Shown here in pieces: positions 21,822 through 31,680 of a stretch of 64,000 nt of DNA. The DNA lies in the NCBI GenBank assembly GCA_947632035.1, contig CANRNR010000005.1, forward strand, positions 10,017-74,016, read 5' to 3'. Origin of the DNA: an uncultured Clostridia bacterium (GTDB lineage Bacteria > Bacillota > Clostridia > TANB77 > CAG-508). Each line of letters starts with the position of its first letter. Position 1 is the first letter of the stretch. The translations under genes and the position numbers were made by a program. Under the pieces are notes generated by a model. It was given only the letters and a program-made list of their open reading frames with translations. It was not told where the DNA came from and did no database searches.

Positions 21822-22370
21822 ATGATGAATAGTATTTTCGAAGAAAAAATGGATAAAACAATAAGCGTTTTTAGAGAAAGCTTATCAGAAATTAGAGCAG
21901 GTAGAGCAAATCCTGCAATTCTAAATAAAATCACAGTAGATTATTATGGTGTACCAACACCTATAAATCAAGTAGCTGGTATTTCTGTACCAGAAGCTAG
22001 AATGATTTTAATACAACCATGGGATATGAGTTTATTAAAAGAAATAGAAAAAGAAATATTAAAATCAGATATTGGAATAAACCCAAATAATGATGGTAAA
22101 GTTATAAGATTAACATTTCCAGAATTAAATGAAGAAAGAAGAAAAGAACTAGTAAAAGATATTAGAAAATTAGCTGAAGATGCAAAAGTAGCAATTCGTT
22201 CTATTAGAAGAGATGCAATAGATGAAGCAAAAGAAAAAGAGAAAAAGTCTGAAATAACAGAAGATGATTTAAAAAATGAAGAAGATCAAATTCAAAAATT
22301 AACAGATAAAAAAGTAGAAGAAGTAGATAAGCTATTAGAAGCAAAAGAAAAAGAAGTCATGAGTATATAA
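21822..22370 (+). CDS. frr: Ribosome recycling factor
   Basis: The segment [36 protein letters not shown] is a diagnostic RRF sequence. Confidence 0.9.
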   Translation: MMNSIFEEKMDKTISVFRESLSEIRAGRANPAILNKITVDYYGVPTPINQVAGISVPEARMILIQPWDMSLLKEIEKEILKSDIGINPNNDGKVIRLTFPELNEERRKELVKDIRKLAEDAKVAIRSIRRDAIDEAKEKEKKSEITEDDLKNEEDQIQKLTDKKVEEVDKLLEAKEKEVMSI

Positions 22371-22478
22371 TTTATAAGTTAGTTATTAAAAATAAAAAAT
22401 TGCAAGTATTTAATTTATATAAGAATAGAATAATAAAAAGTTAAATAGAATTATTTAGTAAAAAGAAAGGAATACCAA

Positions 22479-23186
22479 ATGGAGGAAAGACTATTACCAC
22501 AGCATATTGCAATTATTATGGATGGTAACAGAAGATGGGCAAGGAAAAGAAACTTAGAAACCAAACTAGGACATAAAGAAGGTGCAGAAAACTTAAAAAG
22601 AATTGCAAAATATGCAAATAAAATTGGCATTCGATATTTAACAGTATATGCTTTTTCAACAGAAAATTGGAAAAGAACAAAAGAAGAAGTAGGAGCTCTT
22701 ATGCTATTACTTCAAAAATATGTAGAAGATTTCTTAACTGACAAGAACATGGACAATATTAAAATCAATATCTTAGGAGATATTTCTAAACTAGATAATG
22801 GACTTCAAAAAAGTATAAAAAGAATAGTAGAAAAGACAAGTTCAAATACAGGGCTTACTTTAAATATTGCATTTAATTATGGTGGCAGAGATGAAATTGT
22901 AAAAGCCACACAGAAAATAGCTACAAAAGTTAAAAATGGTGAAATAAAAGTAGAAGAAATTGATGAAAATTTAGTATCTAATTTTCTTTATACAGCAGGT
23001 CAACCAGACCCTGACATTTTAATAAGACCTGGTGGAGAACAAAGAATTAGTAATTATCTTCCATGGCAATTAGCTTATACGGAATTTTTATTTATACCTA
23101 AATATTGGCCGGATTTTACGGAACAAGATTTAGATGATGCTATTTCAATTTTTAATAAAAGAAATCGTAAATTTGGTGGTAAATAA
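22479..23186 (+). CDS. uppS: Undecaprenyl diphosphate synthase
   Basis: HIAIIMDGNRRWA and ENWKR motifs. Confidence 0.9.
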   Translation: MEERLLPQHIAIIMDGNRRWARKRNLETKLGHKEGAENLKRIAKYANKIGIRYLTVYAFSTENWKRTKEEVGALMLLLQKYVEDFLTDKNMDNIKINILGDISKLDNGLQKSIKRIVEKTSSNTGLTLNIAFNYGGRDEIVKATQKIATKVKNGEIKVEEIDENLVSNFLYTAGQPDPDILIRPGGEQRISNYLPWQLAYTEFLFIPKYWPDFTEQDLDDAISIFNKRNRKFGGK

Positions 23187-23241
23187 TAAATTATAAAGTT
23201 TATTTTAAGTAATTAAAGATAAATAGTAAATTAAGCAAAAA

Positions 23242-24076
23242 GTGGAAAGGAATAGAAAAATGAATATTAAAAGGATTGTATCAGGTTTGATTTTATTTCC
23301 AATAGTAGCAATTATAATGATATATGGAAATAAATATGTTGTAGATTCTGTTATTGCAGTAATTGCTATTATGAGTATACATGAATTCTATAAAGCTTTT
23401 TATACAAGCAATAAAGCAAAACCAATAACATGGCTTCGGCTATATTGCAGCAGCAACAATTTCTATAATACATGTATTTCCAAAACAAATGCTACTAATG
23501 ATAATTGGAATTTTAATACCTACTATTATATTAATTTTATTTTTACATACAATATTCAGTAAATTAAAAATAAATATAATTGATATGTCAGTTACACTTT
23601 TTGGAATTTTCTATATTGCGATATTTTTAATGTTTATATCAATAATTAGGGAAAATCTAGAAAATGGAAAATTTTTAATCTGGTATGTATTCTTTGCAGC
23701 ATGGGGAACGGATATATTTGCATACATAATAGGAAAAAATTTTGGAAAACATCATTTTACAGAAATTAGTCCAAACAAAACTATAGAAGGTTGCATTGGA
23801 GGAATAATAGGAGCAGTCATATTAGTAACGCTTTATACTGTAGCTTGTCAATATATATTCCATTTAGAATTTAATTATATAATTGTTATTTTAATTTCAC
23901 TAGCACTTAGTGTGCTTAGCCAAATTGGAGATTTATCAGCATCAGCTGTTAAGAGATATACTGGAATTAAAGATTTTAGTAACTTAATTCCTGGACATGG
24001 TGGAATGTTAGATAGAATTGATAGTATCGTCTTTATTGCACCTTTTGCTTACTTCTTGTTCATGTTGCTAGTGTAA
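23242..24076 (+). pseudogene. cdsA: Phosphatidate cytidylyltransferase CdsA interrupted by a +1 frameshift near 23437
   Basis: ORF 23242-23562 matches the CdsA N-terminus up to ...KAKPIT. ORF 23489-24076 in the +1 frame (open from 23432) carries the CdsA C-terminal motifs (KNFGKHHFTEISPNKTIEG, GHGGMLDRIDS). Removing one nucleotide (for example C23437) gives a continuous CdsA of about 277 aa. Confidence 0.7.
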
Positions 24077-24099
24077 AAGCATATTTATAAATATTTTCT

Positions 24100-24238
24100 A
24101 TTATATATTTTTTATGACTTGCTGTCGTCGTACAGAATAGTGAATTAATAAATATTGTTATCTAATTAAACAATATTTTCTAAGTGTAAATGATTAAAAT
24201 GCTCCTTCAAACTGCGCGTCATTGCAAAATATATAATA
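24100..24238. repeat. Palindromic intergenic repeat element E2 (cores CTTGCTGTCGTCG and AAATGCTCCTTCAAACTGCGCG, inverted termini ATGAC...GTCAT)
   Basis: Shares both GC-rich cores and the overall layout with the element at 25585-25728. Confidence 0.6.
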
Positions 24239-24283
24239 GAAAATTATAGAATGATTAAATAACTATAAAAAGGAGAGACAAAA

Positions 24284-25549
24284 TTGCTAAGTTTTATTAT
24301 AGCAGCGATAAAAATAATTATTATTTTAGGACTTCTTGTATTTATACATGAAGGCGGACATTTTTTAGTTGCAAAGCTATGCAAGATAAAAGTTAATGAA
24401 TTTGCAATAGGCTTTGGACCAACGGTATGGAGAAAACAAGGAAAAGAAACTAAATATGCATTAAGATTAATTCCTTTAGGTGGATTTGTTAATATGGAGG
24501 GTGAAGAAGAACGCTCTGATGCAGAGGGTTCTTTTAGCAAAGCTAGCATTCCTAAAAGAATTGCAGTTGTAGTAGCAGGTGGACTTGTAAATATCGTATT
24601 CGCTTTAATTGTATATTTTATTTTAATGAGTTGTACAGGAAACAATATTTCTACAACAATAGATTCTGCAGTTCCTGATACAGAAGCAAGCAAGGTTGGC
24701 TTTGAAGAAAATGATAAAATTGTAAAGGTAAACGGAAAAACTATTCATTACAAAACAGATTTAGATAACGCTCTAAAAAAATGTGATGGAAATGAAATAG
24801 AAGTAGTTGTAGAAAAGTCTGATGGAACAAAACAAACATTTAACTTTAAACCAGTAGAAGAAAAGTATAATTATACAGGAATTGCAATTTCAAGTAATGG
24901 AGATGAAAAAACAAAAGTCGCAGCACTTTACCCTAAAAGTCCAGCACAAGAGCAAGGCTTACAAGTAAATGATATTATAGTTTCTATAAATGGAGTAAAT
25001 GTAGAGGGAGATGTTAAAAAGCTATCTTCAGAAATAAGTAAGGTAATTGGAGAAAAAATAGAATTAGAGGTAAAAAGACAAGAGAAAACAGTTAAACTTG
25101 AAATAAAACCAGAAGTTCGTTCAAATTATTATTTAGGTGTTTATATGAAAATGGCGGAAAACAACCTGGGAAATAATTTATATTATGCGTTTTTTGAAAC
25201 TGGAGAATTTGCATTTTCTATAATAGATAATTTAAAACTATTATTTACTGGAAATGTTACAATAGACCAAATGATGGGACCTGTTGGAATAAGTGGTGTA
25301 GTTGCAGAAACAAATGGCTTAGCAGATTTTATTTATATACTAGCATTGATTTCTATTTCACTAGGATTTACTAATTTATTACCATTCCCACCATTAGACG
25401 GAGGAAAAGTAGTATTATTACTAATAGAAGCAATAAGGAGAAAACCTTTAAATGAAAAGACCGAGATTACAATTCAAATGGTTGGATTTGCAATTTTAAT
25501 CGGATTGTCTATTTTGGTTACTTATAATGATATTTTGAGGGTGTTTTAA
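24284..25549 (+). CDS. rseP: Regulated intramembrane proteolysis zinc metalloprotease RseP/RasP (site-2 protease), TTG start
   Basis: HEGGHFLVA (HExxH), a PDZ domain and LLPFPPLDGG. Confidence 0.85.
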   Translation: MLSFIIAAIKIIIILGLLVFIHEGGHFLVAKLCKIKVNEFAIGFGPTVWRKQGKETKYALRLIPLGGFVNMEGEEERSDAEGSFSKASIPKRIAVVVAGGLVNIVFALIVYFILMSCTGNNISTTIDSAVPDTEASKVGFEENDKIVKVNGKTIHYKTDLDNALKKCDGNEIEVVVEKSDGTKQTFNFKPVEEKYNYTGIAISSNGDEKTKVAALYPKSPAQEQGLQVNDIIVSINGVNVEGDVKKLSSEISKVIGEKIELEVKRQEKTVKLEIKPEVRSNYYLGVYMKMAENNLGNNLYYAFFETGEFAFSIIDNLKLLFTGNVTIDQMMGPVGISGVVAETNGLADFIYILALISISLGFTNLLPFPPLDGGKVVLLLIEAIRRKPLNEKTEITIQMVGFAILIGLSILVTYNDILRVF

Positions 25550-25584
25550 TAATTAATTTTACATGTATGTACTATTTCATAATA

Positions 25585-25728
25585 ATTATTGTTATTTCTT
25601 GTGCTTGCTGTCGTCGCTTAGGTTTATGAATAAATTTGCTTTTGTGATTCATATAAAAATAATATTTCTAAATAAAAATTATTCAAATGCTCCTTCAAAC
25701 TGCGCGCACTACAAAATAACAATAATTA
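25585..25728. repeat. Palindromic intergenic repeat element E3, paralogous to E2
   Basis: Contains CTTGCTGTCGTCG ... AAATGCTCCTTCAAACTGCGCG with inverted termini TTGTTATTTCTTGTGC / GCACTACAAAATAACAA. Confidence 0.6.
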
Positions 25729-25783
25729 TTATACGTAAACAATATAATAAACTTATATTATTAATAAATAGAGGAGAAATACA

Positions 25784-28700
25784 ATGGAAGAAGTTACTGT
25801 GTTAAAGACTGTAAAACAAGTTTTTAAAGATTATAATACAAACAGCTTTGCTTTAAGTGAAGGTAAAGTTGCTTGTATTAATGTGTATAAAAAAACTGGT
25901 ACTTTGGAAATAAAGCTAAAGGCTACTTCTTCTATTCCTGTAAAGGATTTATTAGAGTTTGAAAAGTATTTGAGCAAGAGATTTGCTTTTAAAGAGATTG
26001 AAATAAAGATTGAAAACGAAAGAAAAAATACATTAAAAAATAATGAAAATATAAATGAAGAAGATATAAATGCAAATATTACAAATGAATCCAAAGAGAG
26101 CAATTTAGATGATGACATATCTAATAAAATTAAAAGCGAGTGGCCATATATTGTAGAATATATGGCATATAAGCATCCTTTGACGAAGGCATTATTAAAA
26201 GATAGCATAGTGGAAATAAATGAAAATAAGCTTACTGTAAAACTTGCAAGAAAAGGACAAGCTATTTTGTCTGCAAGAGGATTTGAAAAAATATTAGAAG
26301 CTAAGCTAGATGATTTATATTCAAAAAAATATATTGTTACATATAAAGAAGAAATTACAGAAGAAATGATAAGAAATTATGAAGAATATGCAAAAGAATT
26401 AGAAAAACAAGCAATTCTATCAGCTCAAACTGAAGCACAAAGAGAAGCTGAGCAAAGAGCAAATGATGCTTTAATAGAAGAAGGTTCAAATAGTTCTTCT
26501 AATAATAGCCAAAATAATTCTTCAAAAGGTAGTTCAAATAGCAATTCAAATAATGCTTCAAATAGCTCTTCAAATGGACAAGGTGGAGGGCAAAATGGTT
26601 CATCAGGTAATGGTGGGTCTAATGGTTCAAATAATGGAAATATTACAAATAGTGGCAATTCAGGAGATAAGTCTTCTGACTCAAATGAAGAAGAAAATTC
26701 ACCTTTAATTTTGGGTAGAAGTTTAAAAATAAAAGAAGAATTAAGCAAAATTTCAGATATAAGCATAGATAGTGGAAAAGTACTAATAGATGGGGAGATT
26801 CTAAATACAGATTCAAGAGAACTAAAATCAGGTAAGTTTTTAGTTACTTTTGATGTATATGATGGAACCACGACAATTACTTGTAAAGCTTTTGTTGAAG
26901 CAGATAAACATGATAGTGTTGTTAAAAGATTAAAAAGTGTAAAAGGTGTAAAAGTTAATGGAAATGCACAATTTGACCCTTTTGCAAAAGAATTAGGAAT
27001 AATTGCAAATGTAATTATTGAATCTACTGGAATTAAAAGAGAAACTAGAAGTGATGATGCAAAAGAAAAAAGAGTTGAACTTCATATGCATACACAAATG
27101 AGCCAGATGGATGGAATGACAGCAGTTACAGATTTACTTAAACGAGCTGTAAAATGGGGAATGAAGTCAATAGCAATTACAGATCACGGTGTAGTGCAAG
27201 CTTTTCCTGATGCACATAAATATTTAGAAAAAGCTAAGCCTGATTTGAAGGTTATTTATGGTGTGGAAGCATATTTAGCACCTGACAAAACACCATCAGT
27301 TTCTTTTTCAAGAGGACAAATTATTGAAGATGCAACTTATTGCGTACTAGACTTAGAAACAACAGGTCTTTCTTTTAGAACAGAGAAAATAACAGAAATA
27401 GGCATTATGAAGGTAAAAAATCATGAAGTAATAGAAGAATTTAGTACATTTGTAAATCCTGAAAAACCTATTCCTCAAAAAGTAGTAGAAGTAACTAATA
27501 TCACAGATGAAATGGTAAAAGATGCACCAACTATTGAAGAAGTTTTACCAAAAGTTCTAGAATTTGTAGGCGATAGCGTTCTAGTTGCACATAATGCAGA
27601 TTTTGATATAGGATTTTTAAAACATAATTGCTCTGAATTAGGCTTAAAATTAGGAAATACTTACATAGATACTTTGCGTTTAGCAAAAGATTTATTCCCA
27701 GAATATAAAAAGTACAAATTGGGAATCATTGCTGAAAATTTAGGCATTAAAGTAGAAGTCGCTCACAGAGCTTTAGATGATGTAGATACAACAGTTAAAG
27801 TATTTAATATTATGTTAGATATGCTAAAAGAAAAAGGAATATCAACCTTAGATGAGATAGATGAAAAATTAAGTGGAACAGCAGACTATAAGTCACTTCC
27901 AACTTACCATGCTATTATTTTAGCAAAAGATTATGTGGGATTAAGAAACTTATACAAACTAATTTCTATTTCTCACTTAGATTATTTTTACAAAAAACCT
28001 CGTATTTTAAAATCAATATATAAAAAATATTCTGAAGGTCTTATGCTTGGAAGTGCCTGTGAAGCAGGAGAGCTTTATAGAGCAATTATTGCAGGAAAAA
28101 CAGATGAAGAGTTAGAAGAAATCGCTTCAGATTATGATTATTTAGAAATTCAACCAAATGGAAATAATATGTTTATGGTTAGAAATGAAACTGTAAAATC
28201 AGTAGAAGATTTGCAAGATATTAACCGTAAAATTGTAGCCTTAGGCGAAAGATTGCAAAAACCAGTAGTTGCAACTTGTGATGTTCACTTTATGGATCCA
28301 CAAGATGAGGTTTATCGTAGAATTTTAATGGCAGGTCAAGGCTATGATGATGCAGACGAGCAAGCACCATTATATTTAAGAACAACAGAAGAAATGCTAA
28401 AAGAATTCGAATATTTAGGGGAAGAAAAAGCTTACGAAGTAGTTGTAACTAATACAAATAAAATTGCAGATATGTGCGAAAAAATAAGCCCAATTTCTCC
28501 AGAAAAATGCCCTCCATATATTGAAGGTTGTGAGCAAACAATCAAAGAAATTGCTTATAACAAAGCACATGAATTATATGGAGACCCATTACCAGAATTA
28601 GTACAAACAAGATTAGATAAAGAGCTAAATTCAATTATAAAAAATGGCTTCTCAGTTATGTACATTATTGCACAAAAACTAGTATGGAAATCAAATGAAG

Positions 28701-30397
28701 ATGGCTACATTGTAGGTTCAAGAGGTTCAGTAGGTTCTTCATTTGTTGCAAATATGACAGGTATTACAGAAGTAAATTCACTTCCACCACATTATAGATG
28801 CCCTAACTGTAAGTATTCAGACTTTACAGATTATGGTTATAAAAATGGATTTGATTTACCTGATAAAGATTGCCCAAAATGTGGTCATAAACTAGCAAAA
28901 GATGGTATGGATATTCCATTTGAAACTTTCTTAGGATTTGATGGAGATAAAGAGCCTGATATTGACTTAAACTTCTCAGGAGAATATCAAGCAAAAGCAC
29001 ATCGTTACACAGAAGTTATATTCGGAAAAGGAACCACCTTCAAAGCAGGAACAGTAGGTACAGTAGCAGATAAAACAGCTTATGGATATGTTAAAAAATA
29101 TTATGAAGAAAGAGGTATTCCAGTTAGCAATGCAGAAATTTTAAGGCTTTCACAAGGTTGTACTGGAATTAAAAGAACAACAGGACAGCACCCTGGTGGT
29201 ATTATAGTTGTACCAAAAGGAAGGGAGATATATGAATTTACACCAGTACAACATCCAGCAGATGACCCTAACTCAGACATTATAACAACACACTTTGATT
29301 ACCACTCAATAGACCAAAACCTATTAAAACTTGATATACTAGGTCATGATGATCCAACCATGATTCGTATGCTATATGATATAACAGGAATAGACCCAAC
29401 AAAAGTACCATTAGATGATAAAGACACAATGTCAATATTTGCATCTACTGAAATATTAGGTGTTACCCCAGAGCAAATACATTCAGAAGTTGGAACTTAT
29501 GGAATACCTGAATTTGGTACTAAATTCGTAAGAGGAATGTTAGTTGATACAAAACCAACAACATTTGAAGAGCTACTTCGTATTTCTGGTTTATCACATG
29601 GTACTGATGTATGGCTTAACAATGCACAAACCTTAATAGAAGAAGGAACAATTAAATTACAAGATGCAATATGTACTCGTGATGATATTATGCTTTACTT
29701 AATAAAACAAGGAATGCCACCAAAGCCAGCATTTAAAATAATGGAATTTGTTCGTAAAGGAAAACCATCAGCAGACCCAGAAAAATGGAAAGAATTTGAG
29801 CAAACAATGAGAGAATACAATATTCCAGAATGGTATATAGGCTCATGTAAGAAAATTAAGTATATGTTCCCAAAAGCTCATGCAGCAGCATATGTAACAA
29901 ACGCCTTCCGTATTGCTTGGTTTAAAGTACATAAACCAGCAGCATATTATACAGCCTTTTTCACAATTCGTGCAGATGAATTTGATAGCGATATTATGTG
30001 TTATGGTGTAGAAAAAGTAAAAAATAAAATGAAGGAAATTGATTTACAAGGAAATAGTGCTACAACTAAAGATAAAAATATGTATGCAATTCTAGAATTA
30101 GTTTTAGAGATGTATGAAAGAGGAATAACTTTCTTACCAATCGACCTTTATAAAAGTCATGCTACTAAATTTATAATGGAATCAGATACAGAAATAAGAC
30201 CACCTCTAAACAGCATTCCAGGTCTTGGAACTGTGGCAGCAGAGGGAATAGATGCAGCAAAAAAAGACGGAAAATTCATGTCAATAGACGATATGAGGAT
30301 TCGTTCTAAAATAGGAAAATCTGTAACTGACTTATTGGAAAAAGTAGGTTGCTTAAAAGGAATGAGCCAAAGCAATCAAATGAGCTTGTTTGGGTAG
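25784..30397 (+). CDS. polC: DNA polymerase III PolC-type (Gram-positive replicative polymerase) with a roughly 70-aa S/N/G-rich low-complexity insertion
   Basis: PHP domain HLHMHTQMS, DnaQ-like 3'-5' exonuclease (YCVLDLETTGL...HNADFD), zinc-finger cysteines and the polymerase core. 1537 aa, against the usual figure of about 1440. Confidence 0.95.
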   Translation: MEEVTVLKTVKQVFKDYNTNSFALSEGKVACINVYKKTGTLEIKLKATSSIPVKDLLEFEKYLSKRFAFKEIEIKIENERKNTLKNNENINEEDINANITNESKESNLDDDISNKIKSEWPYIVEYMAYKHPLTKALLKDSIVEINENKLTVKLARKGQAILSARGFEKILEAKLDDLYSKKYIVTYKEEITEEMIRNYEEYAKELEKQAILSAQTEAQREAEQRANDALIEEGSNSSSNNSQNNSSKGSSNSNSNNASNSSSNGQGGGQNGSSGNGGSNGSNNGNITNSGNSGDKSSDSNEEENSPLILGRSLKIKEELSKISDISIDSGKVLIDGEILNTDSRELKSGKFLVTFDVYDGTTTITCKAFVEADKHDSVVKRLKSVKGVKVNGNAQFDPFAKELGIIANVIIESTGIKRETRSDDAKEKRVELHMHTQMSQMDGMTAVTDLLKRAVKWGMKSIAITDHGVVQAFPDAHKYLEKAKPDLKVIYGVEAYLAPDKTPSVSFSRGQIIEDATYCVLDLETTGLSFRTEKITEIGIMKVKNHEVIEEFSTFVNPEKPIPQKVVEVTNITDEMVKDAPTIEEVLPKVLEFVGDSVLVAHNADFDIGFLKHNCSELGLKLGNTYIDTLRLAKDLFPEYKKYKLGIIAENLGIKVEVAHRALDDVDTTVKVFNIMLDMLKEKGISTLDEIDEKLSGTADYKSLPTYHAIILAKDYVGLRNLYKLISISHLDYFYKKPRILKSIYKKYSEGLMLGSACEAGELYRAIIAGKTDEELEEIASDYDYLEIQPNGNNMFMVRNETVKSVEDLQDINRKIVALGERLQKPVVATCDVHFMDPQDEVYRRILMAGQGYDDADEQAPLYLRTTEEMLKEFEYLGEEKAYEVVVTNTNKIADMCEKISPISPEKCPPYIEGCEQTIKEIAYNKAHELYGDPLPELVQTRLDKELNSIIKNGFSVMYIIAQKLVWKSNEDGYIVGSRGSVGSSFVANMTGITEVNSLPPHYRCPNCKYSDFTDYGYKNGFDLPDKDCPKCGHKLAKDGMDIPFETFLGFDGDKEPDIDLNFSGEYQAKAHRYTEVIFGKGTTFKAGTVGTVADKTAYGYVKKYYEERGIPVSNAEILRLSQGCTGIKRTTGQHPGGIIVVPKGREIYEFTPVQHPADDPNSDIITTHFDYHSIDQNLLKLDILGHDDPTMIRMLYDITGIDPTKVPLDDKDTMSIFASTEILGVTPEQIHSEVGTYGIPEFGTKFVRGMLVDTKPTTFEELLRISGLSHGTDVWLNNAQTLIEEGTIKLQDAICTRDDIMLYLIKQGMPPKPAFKIMEFVRKGKPSADPEKWKEFEQTMREYNIPEWYIGSCKKIKYMFPKAHAAAYVTNAFRIAWFKVHKPAAYYTAFFTIRADEFDSDIMCYGVEKVKNKMKEIDLQGNSATTKDKNMYAILELVLEMYERGITFLPIDLYKSHATKFIMESDTEIRPPLNSIPGLGTVAAEGIDAAKKDGKFMSIDDMRIRSKIGKSVTDLLEKVGCLKGMSQSNQMSLFG

Positions 30398-30406
30398 GTG
30401 ATATAT

Positions 30407-30691
30407 ATGAATATGGAAAATATATTTACAGTACAAAATATAATTATTTATTTTGTTGCGATTAATATAATTACATTTTTTGTAATGTGGCTTGATAAAA
30501 GAAAAGCAAAGAAAGGAAAATGGAGAATACCTGAAAATACTTTATTACTTTTAGTTTTATTAGGTGGAGGAATAGGTGGGATAGCAGGTATGTATACTTT
30601 TAGACATAAAACACAAAAAATGAAGTTTGTAATAGGTTTTCCTGTAATCCTAATTTGCGAAATTATATTGATTTTGAAGATTATACTTTAA
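30407..30691 (+). CDS. DUF1294-family small membrane protein
   Basis: WLDKRKAKKGKWRIPE...GGGIGGIAGMYTFRHKT is the DUF1294 signature as I recall it. Confidence 0.5.
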   Translation: MNMENIFTVQNIIIYFVAINIITFFVMWLDKRKAKKGKWRIPENTLLLLVLLGGGIGGIAGMYTFRHKTQKMKFVIGFPVILICEIILILKIIL

Positions 30692-30741
30692 AAAAATTAT
30701 AAAAAAAATATATGTATATTAATAAAATATTAAATTAACTT

Positions 30742-30776
30742 AAAAATTTCCTAGATTAAAAATCTAGGAAATTTTT
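30742..30776. terminator. Bidirectional terminator (AAAAATTTCCTAGATTAAAAATCTAGGAAATTTTT)
   Basis: Perfect 10-bp stem with A-run and T-run flanks. Confidence 0.7.
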
Positions 30777-31295
30777 AGAGTCTTTTTTCCATATCCAAAG
30801 GTCACGATCATTATCGCCGTAGTAAGGATAGCGAGGGTCGAGTTCAATTCTTACATTGTGAGATTTAAGCAACCTATATATATTTTGAATAATAGGCTGA
30901 TAATCTTTGGTAGCACAAAAGATTAAAGTTTCGCAATCCCAGTAGCAAGCCATTCCACATTTTTTTGCTATTTCAAACATTCCCTCAGGAATTCTTTCGC
31001 TACTGTATTTTAGGACTGAAAAATCTTTGTGTGTAAGAATTTTTAAATCAGATGGAGCCCTTCTTATAAATCCCATTGAGCCTATCATAAAGGCTTTTTG
31101 CAAAGGCATAATATCAATTTCCTGGTATATAAAATCTCGAGATTTTGCCAGGACAATTGATTTTATTTTTTGATTAAGCTGAGATTCATTAGGCAAACGG
31201 GATCTTATGTCTTTGACAGTAGAAAAAGAGTATCCACCTCCGTTTCCTTCAGCTTCAAATATGACCTCTTCAGATATGTGCGCTATGTCAATCAT
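30756..31295 (-). CDS. Hypothetical protein in a GC-elevated segment (possibly horizontally acquired)
   Basis: 179-aa ORF. The codon usage is visibly richer in G/C than neighbouring genes. No motif I can assign. Confidence 0.45.
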   Translation of the reverse strand: MIDIAHISEEVIFEAEGNGGGYSFSTVKDIRSRLPNESQLNQKIKSIVLAKSRDFIYQEIDIMPLQKAFMIGSMGFIRRAPSDLKILTHKDFSVLKYSSERIPEGMFEIAKKCGMACYWDCETLIFCATKDYQPIIQNIYRLLKSHNVRIELDPRYPYYGDNDRDLWIWKKDSKNFLDF

Positions 31296-31603
31296 AGCTT
31301 GTTCCTCCCAATAATTATTTCCTCATGTATTTTCTTAAAAAGTGGTATAGAGGGAAGAAAATTTAATGAAGATAATACTATTTTAACACAATTTACATAA
31401 TTTATCAATAGTGAGAAATGTATATATTTGACATAGTAGATAATAAATATATTTGAAATATAGGTAATAAATATGTTTAACATAAATGCAATAATATATT
31501 TTAAAGTTAATATAAAAGATAAATGGAAATATATGTAAAATATCAAAACTTAAAAATGACAATAATAAGTTTTCATAAAATAATAACAAATAATTTTTAA
31601 AAG

Positions 31604-31675
31604 TTATCCACAATTTTTAGTGCCTATTTATAGTTATTCACAAAGTTATCCACAATTTCCACAATACTGTGGAAA
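31604..31675. promoter_or_regulatory. Cluster of DnaA-box 9-mers: TTATCCACA at 31604 and 31646 (perfect), TTATTCACA at 31634 (one mismatch), and a TTCCACAATACTGTGGAA palindrome carrying two box-like half-sites
   Basis: Direct match to the Firmicute DnaA-box consensus TTATCCACA within a 630-bp gene-free AT-rich region. Confidence 0.55.
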
Positions 31676-31680
31676 AATAT

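Noticed and set aside
25563-25805. 80-aa ORF spanning the rseP-polC intergenic region
   Set aside because: It runs straight through the palindromic repeat element E3 and ends inside the polC start. There is no RBS and the composition is nonsensical.
31170-31613. Several 76-84-aa ORFs in the long AT-rich intergenic region
   Set aside because: The sequence is low-complexity Ile/Tyr/Phe/Lys-rich with no RBS. The region is better explained as regulatory or origin-like DNA (DnaA boxes and phased repeats).
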